Source of the DNA: Sedimentisphaerales bacterium
GTDB lineage: Bacteria; Planctomycetota; Phycisphaerae; Sedimentisphaerales; SM23-30
Length of the DNA stretch: 64,000 bases
Direction of reading: 5' to 3'
Assembly (NCBI GenBank): GCA_963663965.2
Contig: CAXXFK010000028.1
Location: 384,001-448,000 of the forward strand
The first letter of the stretch is position 1. Each line of letters opens with the position of its first letter. A program made the position numbers and the translations under genes. Of the stretch, positions 30,597 to 41,773 are shown one piece after another. Below the pieces are notes generated by a model, which searched no databases, had not been told where the DNA came from, and worked only from the letters and a program-made list of their open reading frames with translations.

Positions 30597-31394
30597 TTAG
30601 GGCTCTAACAATTGGTAGAACTCACCAAAAGTTATCCAGCTGTTGGTTGGGCCATTTGATGTTGACCAGAATCTGGTTTCGTTAAACAATTCTTTCTTAA
30701 CGCAGAAATTGACATGACCATCCCCAAAGGCTGATCCCCAACCCAACGGCTCTTTTTTTGTATTCACGTGGGGACAAAATACTTTTTTACCCCATTCTTC
30801 AGCCTGTAATTGATCGCATAGCATAGCCTGATCTGCTTTGAGTTGTGCCTGATGCGTTGCAAGATAATTACGATAACTATTACTATTAAAACCTGACCAA
30901 TCCAGGGTATGACGTTTCAATGGGAAATAATGATAGGGGGTTCGAACGGCGGCTGTAAGCGCTGTTGCCGGTCCGGGTACATCAGGATCCAGACCCGGTA
31001 TTGTTCCCCATGGGCGCCCCGGGTTCGTCGTATAAGACTCATATTGCCAGGCATCACCGGTCTGAGCTGGGCAATAAAATACTTCGGGATCAGCAATATA
31101 TTTTTTAAAATATAAAAGTCCCAAATTCATCCATGTTCCATCACTGAAGCGTGCCCAACGTGTTCCAAAAGGATTGTCATAAAGGCCAATTTCATATAAG
31201 CGACCGTCATTATCAGCCATATAGGTTGTAAATCCCAGATAGTTCGAATGCAGATTACTGGTACAGACGCTTCGTTTGGCTTGCATACGGGCAGAACTGA
31301 GTGCCGGCATCAGAATCGCAACCAATAAGGCAATAATAGAAATTACAACTAGTAATTCAATTAATGTAAAACCAGTTCCCTTTTTATATGCCAT
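30597..31394 (-). CDS. Prepilin-type N-terminal cleavage/methylation protein (DUF1559 / H-X9-DG-like)
   Basis: [37 protein letters not shown]-terminal PH...FGDGHV. Confidence 0.9.
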   Translation of the reverse strand: MAYKKGTGFTLIELLVVISIIALLVAILMPALSSARMQAKRSVCTSNLHSNYLGFTTYMADNDGRLYEIGLYDNPFGTRWARFSDGTWMNLGLLYFKKYIADPEVFYCPAQTGDAWQYESYTTNPGRPWGTIPGLDPDVPGPATALTAAVRTPYHYFPLKRHTLDWSGFNSNSYRNYLATHQAQLKADQAMLCDQLQAEEWGKKVFCPHVNTKKEPLGWGSAFGDGHVNFCVKKELFNETRFWSTSNGPTNSWITFGEFYQLLEP

Positions 31395-32654
31395 AATATG
31401 ATGCCCTTTTATTATAACAGAATTTTCATTGGGTGACCTTGATTATTCTTTTACTTCTTCTTATATCATAATATACATATCGACCGCGTGAAATGCACAA
31501 TAATGTCTAAATATTATACAATAGTAACTTTTTGTATTGTGATTAGATATGAAAAAGTGGCACAGAACATGAATAGTTTAATTCCTGTTCTGCACCTTCA
31601 ACTATAATTTATAATTGGAAGGAAAGTTGTAACCGTTTGTCAATGAAAAGATTATAGTGTAATCTGGTGATAGTGTGATGTTCCTGATAACGAAAGTATT
31701 TTTGTGTAAATGAGTACATGTCAGTAAGTTAACCAAAGGATAAACTTAAACGGTATCATCAATGTGCAAATGGATCATGATCCTCTTTTTGCCTTTATTC
31801 GCCTTGTGAGGGTAATGTATTTCTTGGATGATAATCACCATATATCAGTTTCTCTCTATCTAAATCTTTTATTGATAGGCGGATTTTGAACACAGTATTG
31901 GGCTCCGGGTTCCTGAAGTGGTTTTTATTTTAAAGAAACAGAGTCACTTTAAAAATCTGGATCATTATTGGGACCATTCATTCACGTCATATAACGTTAT
32001 GGCATATTGAATCAAATGGCTATTTATGATTCGATATTGGGTGATCTGATCATATTCACACGAATGAGAATCAGTCCGGAAAATATTCTGTACGGCTATT
32101 CGGAGCATGCAATAAGTCTTTCGGGCAGTACTTGGCTTATTCTGTGTTTGGCTTTCAATAATATTTACTTCAATCATCCGTCTCTGGGATATGGATTTGG
32201 GTTAATGTTATTCCCTTATGGAATTAACCAAAAAAAATGATGATCAAATTCGTTAGCTCATTGTATTTCGCAATTTTACCATTAACGATTGATAATGTCC
32301 GCTTTGGCCGTGAAACCCGTTTTTATGACTAAAAAGTTAGCGTGCGAGCGATCGGATATTTCCTTACCTGATGGGGATAATACCTGGATTAACCATCATC
32401 CTTGTCGTATCATCATCTTGATGCCCCAATACCGCCTATGATCAGCCCAATGCAGCCATGAATTGATATTATGATTTCATGAAAGGGGATATGGCTGGGA
32501 GTCAAAAAATATGTTATCAGAAAAATTGCAGGGAAAATGGTTAGGGCCCGTTAAAAGTTTGTTAGTATTTTATTAGATGAATGTTGATGATAAAATGCGT
32601 GTTTGGAATATTTAATTATTTACATGCAAAACGATTGAAATCCCGGATTTTTTT

Positions 32655-34949
32655 ATGCCAGGTAAAGCTCATTTTATACTGTTCCTAATGATCCCATTGG
32701 CGGTTCTGATTTCATTGGCAATTTATTCTTCAGCGACCGATAATAATGCTGACCCTTGTATTCCGGATCGTGTAGTTAAAGTAGAAATTAAGATGTCTCC
32801 GGATGACTGGGAGAAAACCCGGTCAAATTATCAGGCGGAGCAATATGTTCGTGCGGATTTCTGTTTTGATGGTGAGCGGATTAATAATGTTGCCATTCGG
32901 CCCAAAGGAAATTCATCTTTACGGTCTGTGGGGATGTCAGGTTCACCGCGCATGAGTTTTAAAGTTGATTTTAATTTTTTCAATTCGGCGCAGAGTTTTC
33001 GGGGCTTAAAGAAAGTGAATTTTAATAATGGATTTTCGGACCCGACATTCATTCGAGAGACACTGGGTTATAAAATATTTGAAGAAATGGGATTACCGAC
33101 ACCCCGAACCGCGTTTGTCGATCTGTGGGTGAACGATCAGCATATGGGATTATATACTCAAGTGGAGCCTGTGGATAAATTGTTTATTTGTCGTCATTTC
33201 ACTCAGGTCAATGGTAATTTATATAAACCGGAGATTGGGGCAGCTTCTTTGAAATGGACCCGGGCAGATATTGAACAGCAGCCAGAGAATAATCTTCAGG
33301 CGTTGTCATCGGATAGTAAACAGGGTAATCAGCTGGCTGATCAACTGGCGATCCATATGGGAGGGACGCGGTTGTCAGATCTTTTACTGCTGATGAGTCG
33401 AGAGAATGGAGATGGCTTGGCAGCAGAACTGGAAAGCGGCATGGGAGGCGGCTTTCCAGGTGGCCCGGGTGGTGGTCCGGGCGGCCCCGGTGGATTTGGT
33501 CCTCCACCAGGTGGCATGGGGCCGATGGCGATGGGCAGAATGCCTTTTATGCCAGACGGGATGATTAACGGCGATCCGAATCAGGTCTCGAATGAAAGCA
33601 GAGGATTGAGCGGGCCGGGCGGCAATATGGCCTTTCCGGGTGATGGTGGAATGGCTGGAATGGGGCCGGGAATGGGGCGTGGCGGAATGATGGGAGGTCT
33701 ACGAATGGGTGGAGGAATGCGTGGTCCTGGAGGTCTGGGACCGCCGGGAATGGGTGGACGCGGAAATTTGCTGGAGGTTATGGGATTGAAGACCAACGAA
33801 AATTATCAGGATCATGAATCACTGCTGCATTTTCTGGACGTGCTGAATAATACGCCAGATGAGACCTTTGCCGAAGAGATTGAGAAAGTGTTTGATGTGG
33901 ATGGTGCGTTGCGTTATTTTGCGGTTTCAGCGATGATTGTCCATCTGGATAATTACACCGGCATGGGACATAATTATTATTTGTATGAAAATGGGAATAA
34001 GTATACGCTTATTCCATGGGATTTGAATATGGCATTTGGTACTTTTGGCGGGGGCGGCCGGGCAGCGGATTTGCCAATTGATGAACCGATCAGCGGTCAG
34101 ATGAGTGATAAGCCGCTGATAGGCCGACTGCTGGCGTATCAACCTTATCTGGATAGGTATCATAAATATTTGCAGGAAATGTTGGATGGATGTTTTGCAG
34201 AAGGAGTACTGGAAGCTGAAATTGATGAACTGGTGACGATGATAAGACCTTATGTGGAAGCGGATGAGATTAAGTTTTTTTCCACTGAAGATTTTGAGAA
34301 GAGTATTAATGAAGATTTGACAGGCAATGGATTCGGTGGCCCGGGTGGATTCGGTCCCCCCATGGGAATGGGGCGGCCGGGTGGTTTTGGACCACCGATG
34401 GGTATGGGACCGATGGGGGGCTTTGGCCCGCCGATGGGGATAAATCAGTTTGGAGAAATGGGACAGGCTGATGTGATGCATCCAATGGCTGGTATGGAGA
34501 TGATGGATGGGATGGGACCTGGGGATGGATTGGGTCCGATGAGTGGATTTGATAATCCTGGCGATGGAATGGGAATGGGAATGCCAGGTAGTGGACAGGG
34601 AATGATGCCTACGATTGGTGATCCGAATGGAATGGCTATGATGAATGCTGAGGGAGAGGGTATGGAGCAAGCTAATCAGGCAATGCCAGACCGTTGGATG
34701 AACATGAACCGGGGTATGATGGGGCGGCGTGGTAGAGGTATGGGAGGACCGGGGGGTGGTCCGGGAGGGCCATCTGGACCGGGATTAAAATCGTTTCTTA
34801 AGGAGAGGCGACTATCAGTTCGCCGGCAACTGGATGGAGAGAAACCCGCAAAGTATGACAACCAATTCAATTCCAACATGTTTGGAGGCGGGCCCGACTG
34901 GCCGGGTGGCCCGAATGGAGCGGGCAGTGGCCCAATAGGACGACAATGA
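32655..34949 (+). CDS. CotH-family kinase with N-terminal anchor/signal and Gly/Pro/Met-rich insertions
   Basis: IRPKGNSS, SFKVDF, DPTFIRE, GLYTQVE, LDNYTGMGHNYYLY, IPWDLN. Confidence 0.9.
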   Translation: MPGKAHFILFLMIPLAVLISLAIYSSATDNNADPCIPDRVVKVEIKMSPDDWEKTRSNYQAEQYVRADFCFDGERINNVAIRPKGNSSLRSVGMSGSPRMSFKVDFNFFNSAQSFRGLKKVNFNNGFSDPTFIRETLGYKIFEEMGLPTPRTAFVDLWVNDQHMGLYTQVEPVDKLFICRHFTQVNGNLYKPEIGAASLKWTRADIEQQPENNLQALSSDSKQGNQLADQLAIHMGGTRLSDLLLLMSRENGDGLAAELESGMGGGFPGGPGGGPGGPGGFGPPPGGMGPMAMGRMPFMPDGMINGDPNQVSNESRGLSGPGGNMAFPGDGGMAGMGPGMGRGGMMGGLRMGGGMRGPGGLGPPGMGGRGNLLEVMGLKTNENYQDHESLLHFLDVLNNTPDETFAEEIEKVFDVDGALRYFAVSAMIVHLDNYTGMGHNYYLYENGNKYTLIPWDLNMAFGTFGGGGRAADLPIDEPISGQMSDKPLIGRLLAYQPYLDRYHKYLQEMLDGCFAEGVLEAEIDELVTMIRPYVEADEIKFFSTEDFEKSINEDLTGNGFGGPGGFGPPMGMGRPGGFGPPMGMGPMGGFGPPMGINQFGEMGQADVMHPMAGMEMMDGMGPGDGLGPMSGFDNPGDGMGMGMPGSGQGMMPTIGDPNGMAMMNAEGEGMEQANQAMPDRWMNMNRGMMGRRGRGMGGPGGGPGGPSGPGLKSFLKERRLSVRRQLDGEKPAKYDNQFNSNMFGGGPDWPGGPNGAGSGPIGRQ

Positions 34950-35710
34950 ATCATTTGAACAAACAACATCTGGCCGACAGGACGGCAGCCTGTCGGTTTG
35001 AACGAAAATTTTTTCTACCCCCGGAAAAAGTCGATTGGGCTCGCCATTTATTACAACATGTATGCTTGGCCGACCAACATTATCCGGCAGGAACGATTCA
35101 TTCGGTTTATTATGACAGCGCCAATTTGGCGTGTTATTACGCTTCGGAAGAAGGGAGCTGTCATCGGGATAAGGTACGAATACGCTGGTACGATCAGGCA
35201 CAGTCCATGGGGCCTGAGATCACGGGGTATGTTGAGTTGAAAACCAAGGAGGGATTTGCTGGATTTAAGCAAAGGCAGGCTTGTTCGATAGAACAAGCGC
35301 GATTGAATAAAACCGATATGGTCCGGGGATTGATAGGACGGGATCAACTAATGAAGACGTTGGCGGAATTTGGTTATTATCCCGATGAGCGACCGTTACC
35401 GACGTTGCTGGTGACGTATCGGCGTTTGCGGTTTGTTGATTTCATGACAAAAACTCGCATTTCACTGGATTGGAATATCCGATCTTTATTACTGTCATCA
35501 CACTGTGACCGACAGGAGGGGTACTTGACAATGCGTGGTGGAATTTTGGAGATTAAAGGACCAAGAATGGAAATACCGGTAGCGCTACGGGGGATCCGGA
35601 TGTTGGATACGGATTGGACGCGTTATTCGAAATATGGGAGTTGTCTGGATTCTCAATTAGCAGCCTTGGGTGCCACAGGAAGATTGTGGCCTTCAGGACG
35701 GGCGAATTAA
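34946..35710 (+). CDS. VTC-domain (polyphosphate polymerase-like, CYTH/TTM fold) protein
   Basis: RFERKF, SVYYD, KVRIRWY, VELK, YRR, RISLD, ILEIK, YSKY; overlaps the CotH stop. Confidence 0.88.
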   Translation: MNHLNKQHLADRTAACRFERKFFLPPEKVDWARHLLQHVCLADQHYPAGTIHSVYYDSANLACYYASEEGSCHRDKVRIRWYDQAQSMGPEITGYVELKTKEGFAGFKQRQACSIEQARLNKTDMVRGLIGRDQLMKTLAEFGYYPDERPLPTLLVTYRRLRFVDFMTKTRISLDWNIRSLLLSSHCDRQEGYLTMRGGILEIKGPRMEIPVALRGIRMLDTDWTRYSKYGSCLDSQLAALGATGRLWPSGRAN

Positions 35711-35794
35711 ACAGAGTGTTCCTGCTAACGATTGAATAGATGCAATACATGATTTTTATGTGACTGAAAACAATTTGATGATGGAGAACCGCTT

Positions 35795-36460
35795 ATGATG
35801 CTGGCGCAAATGACTTTTAAAAATCTGAACCTGAGTTTGACGGATAGTATCCTGGCGATTGCCGCTTCGCTGCTGGCCTCAATGATGGTGTATCTGATGT
35901 ACCATATTTTTTATGGAATGCGCAATGTTGGAGCGGGCGTAAATCGCTCCTTCATTCTAGGTGGACCTGCGATTACAACTTTGTTTCTGGGGATACAGAG
36001 TTCGATCCCTCTTTCATTGGGTTTGCTGGGGGCCTTGTCTTTTGTCAGATTCCGTACACCAGTTAAAGATTCCGCCGAAATTGGATTTCTATTGCTGTTA
36101 ATCGCTTCGTCCATTGGAATTGCGACCGGTAATTATGCGATTGTGCTGATATTGTTTGGTGTTGTACTGGCCGCATTAACCGTGCAGCATTTTTGCCGGA
36201 ACCGGTTCAGTTTTCAACGGTTCGCCAACGCAATGATCTCAATGGAAAAACCGGTATACGATCGGATAAGTCATGATCTGGAAACTTTTCTCAAAAATCA
36301 TCTGCCCGGGGGGGAGATGAAAAGTCTATCCGTTATGGATGGGCAGGTGTCAATGCATTACCAGTTTATGCGGAAAAACAGTTTTGATCAGATGAAGATT
36401 ATTGGAGAGTTTGACCAGTTGGGTGGGGAAGGGCAGATTAACCTCTTTTTTGAAGGATGA
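35795..36460 (+). CDS. DUF4956-family membrane protein
   Basis: Multiple TM helices; SLGLLGALSFVRFRTPVKD signature; follows the VTC gene. Confidence 0.87.
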   Translation: MMLAQMTFKNLNLSLTDSILAIAASLLASMMVYLMYHIFYGMRNVGAGVNRSFILGGPAITTLFLGIQSSIPLSLGLLGALSFVRFRTPVKDSAEIGFLLLLIASSIGIATGNYAIVLILFGVVLAALTVQHFCRNRFSFQRFANAMISMEKPVYDRISHDLETFLKNHLPGGEMKSLSVMDGQVSMHYQFMRKNSFDQMKIIGEFDQLGGEGQINLFFEG

Positions 36461-36482
36461 TATCTATTTCGAATATCAAGAC

Positions 36483-36518
36483 AAAAAGCCGTGCGAAAAG
36501 TCTCGTACGGCATTTTTT
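36483..36518. terminator. Bidirectional intrinsic terminator between convergent genes
   Basis: AAAAA-GCCGTGCGA...TCGTACGGC-ATTTTTT. Confidence 0.65.
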
Positions 36519-36618
36519 AATGACTTCTACTGGTTGAGGTAATGATATGCAGAGAATCTGTATCAATAGGCGTAAAAAATGAATTTTCAATCACGAATTC
36601 TATTGAATCCTGATTTAT

Positions 36619-39600
36619 TCAAAACGATGGAAAGTCTGATTTCCAGTTGATTGCATCATTGCCATATTGATCCGGATAACGGCGTTGAAGGCTTTTACCT
36701 GTTTCATTGGCATCGGTCGGCCAGGGATCAGTAATACCATAATTAACCCGATCTACCCGGATATAAGGGATCAGGCCGGAATCAGGTATCGGATCACCAG
36801 GTTTGCTCAGCGTCAGCTTTTCGCCGTCATTATCCAGTTTGCCATCATAGGGTCCATATATGAGGATTTGTGGAGGGATTCCAAGCTTAATTTCAAAATT
36901 ATTGCGAAAAACATCCGGATTATCGCGGGTAACCAGGAGATAACCACCTGCCTGAATGGTTACTCCTGCCGGAAACGCATAGGATATTCCCTGGGTAAAT
37001 TGCCAGGTATGGGCAGGTTCTGATGAATCGTACAGATGAATATCCTGGTTGGTAATGTTTTGCAGGCGGATATATTCTCCTTCGCTATCGGGTTCGGCAG
37101 GATCAAACATAATCTCGGATATCACTACGGGGCCGACCAGAGGTAAATGGTTGTCTGATCCTTTACTGGGTGATTCCAGCAACACGAAATCCACATCATA
37201 GCCGCTTTCTAAACTTTTAATATAACGTCCAATGGTAATCTCTTTGGTGGTTGCTTCGAAATTTACCTCTTCGCTGTAGAGGCCGGTCAATGCGCCATTT
37301 AAACCACTGGATAAATAAAGACTCCCCCCCGTTTCGCTTAAAGTAAATGGTACCCGGGTACCTGAGTGTTCGGGATTGTCAAAATGTTCGTTTGCAGTAA
37401 ATACCAAAAAATCGTCCGGGGGAATATAAGTTCCGGAAGGAATCTCAAATTTTTCCAGATTGTCATTATCGTCGCTCAAAAACCAGCCACCGAGATGGTA
37501 ACCCTGATTTGATGATAGATTACGCAATTCAATCCAGTCTCCGGTAATCTGATCATCAGTGTATGCTAGAATCTCGTTGATGACAATTGTACCGCCTGGA
37601 ATATATACTCCGGTATCAGCCTTGCCCGGACTGCCATATAGGCTACTGCTGACCCGCCAGCCTTCGGCTGTATCCCATAGCTCAAAATTGTTACTGGACT
37701 CGTCAATAATCTGTAAAGAAAATCCTGTACCATCCGTCAGGTAAAACCACTGGTCATTAAATTTAAAGTCATGTATGGTATTGGAGGAGGCATCTTCCAG
37801 CTTGATATTTTCACCATCATTGGCCAAAGACCCGGTATATTGACCGGTGGCAAGATTCAAATCCGTCAAATCATAACGTTCAGCAAAAGCCTCGCGATTT
37901 TTAGCGATTACTATATATTCATCAGGATCAAGAGTCCGGGAGTCGAATTGATAATCAATGCCGTTGGTGAATTTGATCCCGGTAAGTGACAGGGAATTTT
38001 CAGAAATATTCTTTAATTCAATATATTCGTATTCTTCTTCATGGTAGGCTCCGCCGGGTATCGGATGATACATCAATTCGGTTATTCGCAAATAGCGTTG
38101 CTGATCGCTGGGGTCAGCCTGATAGGTATAGGAATTAATGGTAGAATGGCTGGCATCCGTCAAGGTAATGGTTTCTCCCCAATTGGACAAATGTCCGTCA
38201 TATCCACCTACGACAAAAAGACTTTCGTTACCACGCGGACTGACTGGCCGGGAACGAAAGGCTCTGACATTCGGTGATACATACAACGAATTGCCGGCAA
38301 CGATAACCGTCCCAGATGGAAAAGTAAACGCTACTCCTCCGGTTAAATGCCAGCCGGAGACATCTGCGGCAATGTCCGAATGGTTGACTATCTTAATATA
38401 CTCCTGATCCTGGTTGCCAGTGGCAGGATTGAATTCAATATCCGTGATCTCCAGAGTCTTGCCAGGCAGTGTAAAGTAGTCACTGGCGGGTAATGAATCA
38501 GGAATGAGAGGCTCTGAGCTTTCCGGACCATAGATATTATAAAGTTCATTGCGACGACTGGGAAAGTATGCCTTCACACCATTAAGATATGATTCGATAT
38601 TGATATGTGCCAGTATCGGTTCAGCCATCGTATCGCAAATCGGTTCATATTTCAATTGTTCGGCAGGCGTCATTGGTGGTTGAAGCAATTCGTCCATCAT
38701 GGTTCGCAAGCGCCGCAGATACATCATCCGGGTTTCTGGAAGATTGAACATGACATCAAAAAATACATTCCATTGATTAGTACCGGTTTTAAGATGTTCT
38801 TCGTCACCGAAAAACGGATGAGCCCGATAAGGGCCGCCATCGCCATAGATCCCGAAAGAGAAATCGTTATCCCAGGGATAAATCTCCCATTCACCGGTAC
38901 CCAATGTGTCGCAATAAAAATAATAATTCTTGCGGGTATCGTCACAGTCATTGGCGATAGCCCGGGCAGCCAGATAACTGATCATCTCGGGTAAATTGAA
39001 ATTGTCAAAAACAAAACGTCTGCGTTCATCCTCGCTCGGAGCATTCAGTCCATCCACGACTGCCTGTAAATCAGAAAAATCCTCCCAGCGACGTGTTTTT
39101 TTCTCAATTCCATTGTCAGTGTCAGAAAAACAGGGCGTATGCGGCAGATAAGGAATATGCTCCGGAGCGCACTGATCTTCGGTCTCACCATGGCGCTGGA
39201 CAAATTTGTAGAGTGCTCCGTCAGGATCCTTATCATAACGTTTAAGGAAATCTTCATCTACCTGTTCAATTAAAATGCCAATCCGGTCAAATTCGCCATT
39301 TAGCTGCATCAGAACTGGAATAGAAATACAAGAAGGGGTACCACACCAGCGATGAGTGTCAAAGGTTAATGTCTGGCGAATATAGGCCGGATCGGCGCCC
39401 TGGGCATTCATGTTTACTTCACCGACTTTGGACATTTTTTCATTGACATAGAAGTCGTCCCCTTTGTTAAAGTCGAATTTCTGGGAGTAATTGTTGGTGG
39501 CCTGCCCACGCTGTCTGACAAAAATGTTATCATAAAATCGCCCGTTATAATAGACCGAAACCCGGGCTCCGCCTCGAGTATGGGAAGCCGATTCACTGGT

Positions 39601-41706
39601 CGTAAACCATTCCATAATCGGTAGATTGCTGGCCAGGCCCGGATCTGTGACCACTGTTCCATAATATTGAGGTGATTGATTGGTGCCGATTTTATCTAAA
39701 AACATCGGCATGCGACTTTCACCGCTGACAGAATCGGTCGCCATAAGATAGTATCGAATCATCTGGCCAGGCCCAGCGATTCCTGCCGGTATAGTTGCGC
39801 CGTAAATGCCATCATCAGCAAGTGAATCGTTATGCGACCCATCATCAAACATTTCAACTTTCACCTCAGATTCGTACATTACACGATAGATGAGCGTAAT
39901 GGTCGCTATGGGTTTTCGGTTGGCGGTTACTTTTGCCGTTACGGTTAGAGGATCACTTTGCGAAGGACGTGAGGGGGTGTGGGAAACTTGCGTGATCGTC
40001 GGTCCCGGATTGGCAAGAGGATCAGCGTTGTCATGACCTGGGGTAGAAGAGAGGAAATAATTTTGGCTGATTAAGGTTTCGCCTGGACGTAGCGCCAGGC
40101 CATAAGAAATATCTTCGTACTGAATTGGATAATTACAATATTCATAGATAATTGTTTGGCCATCTGTCCCAACCAGGCCAAGGTATTCCGAAGATATATC
40201 CAGGGTAAAATTGGTGTGTAAAGGATGGTTGGGATCACGGCGGTCTTTACCGGAAGCAAAGACAATTAAATATTCGCCTGGATCCAGGCAGATCGATGGA
40301 AATTGCCATTTGTCTAATTCGTTGTCATTGTCGGTTAAATACCAGCCTTCCAGGTTCACTGGAGATTCACAATAATTACGCAATTCCATCCAGTCGGAAG
40401 AGGTTCCGTCTTCATCAACGATTCCGCCAAGAGAATTGCTTGCCATAAATTCAGTAATAACGATACTGACATGTTCCTGCCAGTTTTGAGTCAGACAGGA
40501 AAAATCCTCAGAATCAACAAGTCCACTTTCGTCAACATCTCCACAGTTAAAACCGGCACAGTTCACATCCTCTAGCCATTGATCAGCCAACAGTGACAGG
40601 TCAGTCATCTCAACCAGGCAGTCATTATTGATATCGCCTGCCAGGAATCCTTCGCAACGCTGATCAGGCGCTAGAGTCGTCGTAAAGGACCAGAGATCGC
40701 CCGTTATGATGGTATTTTGATCGATATATTCATCTACCCTCCAGTAATAGATTTGGTTGTATTTCAGATCCGGTGGGGAATACTGTCCCAGCACGGGTAC
40801 TGGAATCAGGATAGGGATTTCTGCCTGTATGGACAACTCTTCTGATGAATTACCCAGATAAACGACATGTTTGATCAAATCGGGATTTGGGATTCTCTGA
40901 TAAGGATCAGTCGGATCTTGAACTTCTCCGGTATTCCAGTGCAGTGTAATGTCGACTGGGATATCCGTTTGTTTGTCAGATGGATCAGGATTCCAGGCCT
41001 TACCCGAGGGGACTACCGGACCACTGGTCGTGACAAATCGTACCTCTCCCAGACCGACACGATCACCTCCTGAAATTGGGTTGACACCCTCATGGGCTGG
41101 ATCACCGTAATGGTTGTCAGTGATCGTCATTCTCACATATCGATGATACTGTGAATGGGTATCAAATTCAAAAAGTTGAGCCGCATTGATTCCTCCCATT
41201 CCCAGTACGGATTTGAGGTAAATGGTTGTTATCGGGCCGGTAAACAGTTCTGATCCTTGAATGGCGCTGTTAAACTGAAAGCTGATTTCATAGGCCTGAT
41301 TACCGATATTGACCCCATTGCCACCATTGTTCTCGTATTGCCAGAGTATGATTCCATCGAGACGGGTATCGCCGCCTCCGGTCAGATCCCAGACTATTAC
41401 CGGGGGATTCTGGGCGCCGTAACCGGAAAAATAATCTGCCCCCGAACCATTGCTGACATAAGATCGGTTGTAGCTGCTGCCAAAATAGTGTGTTGCGAAT
41501 AATGCGGTTTCCAGTGAATCTCCATTGTTCACTGCAGTTGTCATGCCGGAATTATCGATTAGTTGAGTAATCCCCGTCCCGCCGTAGGCGTTCAAATCAA
41601 TAGCGCTCACTGCAGAGGGTATGATCACCTCTGAAGCGATCATTTGACCAGACAGCCAATGAAATAATACCAATACAATAATTGTATACAAATTAAATCT
41701 CATCAT
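36619..41706 (-). CDS. Giant secreted protein: discoidin-like head, dockerin-like pair, several lamin-tail domains and a CotH kinase domain
   Basis: Lamin-tail starts ITEFMA, ITDIEF, ITELMY, INEILA, ISEIMF with DWxEL/EYIxL; CotH-like RQRG, KNYYFY, YPWDND; DINNDCLVEMTDL and DVDESGLVDSEDF. Confidence 0.88.
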   Translation of the reverse strand: MMRFNLYTIIVLVLFHWLSGQMIASEVIIPSAVSAIDLNAYGGTGITQLIDNSGMTTAVNNGDSLETALFATHYFGSSYNRSYVSNGSGADYFSGYGAQNPPVIVWDLTGGGDTRLDGIILWQYENNGGNGVNIGNQAYEISFQFNSAIQGSELFTGPITTIYLKSVLGMGGINAAQLFEFDTHSQYHRYVRMTITDNHYGDPAHEGVNPISGGDRVGLGEVRFVTTSGPVVPSGKAWNPDPSDKQTDIPVDITLHWNTGEVQDPTDPYQRIPNPDLIKHVVYLGNSSEELSIQAEIPILIPVPVLGQYSPPDLKYNQIYYWRVDEYIDQNTIITGDLWSFTTTLAPDQRCEGFLAGDINNDCLVEMTDLSLLADQWLEDVNCAGFNCGDVDESGLVDSEDFSCLTQNWQEHVSIVITEFMASNSLGGIVDEDGTSSDWMELRNYCESPVNLEGWYLTDNDNELDKWQFPSICLDPGEYLIVFASGKDRRDPNHPLHTNFTLDISSEYLGLVGTDGQTIIYEYCNYPIQYEDISYGLALRPGETLISQNYFLSSTPGHDNADPLANPGPTITQVSHTPSRPSQSDPLTVTAKVTANRKPIATITLIYRVMYESEVKVEMFDDGSHNDSLADDGIYGATIPAGIAGPGQMIRYYLMATDSVSGESRMPMFLDKIGTNQSPQYYGTVVTDPGLASNLPIMEWFTTSESASHTRGGARVSVYYNGRFYDNIFVRQRGQATNNYSQKFDFNKGDDFYVNEKMSKVGEVNMNAQGADPAYIRQTLTFDTHRWCGTPSCISIPVLMQLNGEFDRIGILIEQVDEDFLKRYDKDPDGALYKFVQRHGETEDQCAPEHIPYLPHTPCFSDTDNGIEKKTRRWEDFSDLQAVVDGLNAPSEDERRRFVFDNFNLPEMISYLAARAIANDCDDTRKNYYFYCDTLGTGEWEIYPWDNDFSFGIYGDGGPYRAHPFFGDEEHLKTGTNQWNVFFDVMFNLPETRMMYLRRLRTMMDELLQPPMTPAEQLKYEPICDTMAEPILAHINIESYLNGVKAYFPSRRNELYNIYGPESSEPLIPDSLPASDYFTLPGKTLEITDIEFNPATGNQDQEYIKIVNHSDIAADVSGWHLTGGVAFTFPSGTVIVAGNSLYVSPNVRAFRSRPVSPRGNESLFVVGGYDGHLSNWGETITLTDASHSTINSYTYQADPSDQQRYLRITELMYHPIPGGAYHEEEYEYIELKNISENSLSLTGIKFTNGIDYQFDSRTLDPDEYIVIAKNREAFAERYDLTDLNLATGQYTGSLANDGENIKLEDASSNTIHDFKFNDQWFYLTDGTGFSLQIIDESSNNFELWDTAEGWRVSSSLYGSPGKADTGVYIPGGTIVINEILAYTDDQITGDWIELRNLSSNQGYHLGGWFLSDDNDNLEKFEIPSGTYIPPDDFLVFTANEHFDNPEHSGTRVPFTLSETGGSLYLSSGLNGALTGLYSEEVNFEATTKEITIGRYIKSLESGYDVDFVLLESPSKGSDNHLPLVGPVVISEIMFDPAEPDSEGEYIRLQNITNQDIHLYDSSEPAHTWQFTQGISYAFPAGVTIQAGGYLLVTRDNPDVFRNNFEIKLGIPPQILIYGPYDGKLDNDGEKLTLSKPGDPIPDSGLIPYIRVDRVNYGITDPWPTDANETGKSLQRRYPDQYGNDAINWKSDFPSF

Positions 41707-41773
41707 ATCACAAAATCTCTAGCATATTCCTCAGTATCGAACTCAAAAAAATTTATAGGATCACCATAATCAG

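Noticed and set aside
31395..32654. Small ORFs 31965-32177 and 32007-32240, and a LacI-like site near 31628
   Set aside because: Mutually overlapping ORFs without RBS or motifs; the palindrome is too weak
33927..34670. His-rich 247-aa minus-strand ORF
   Set aside because: Antisense reading of the Met/Gly codons of the CotH insert
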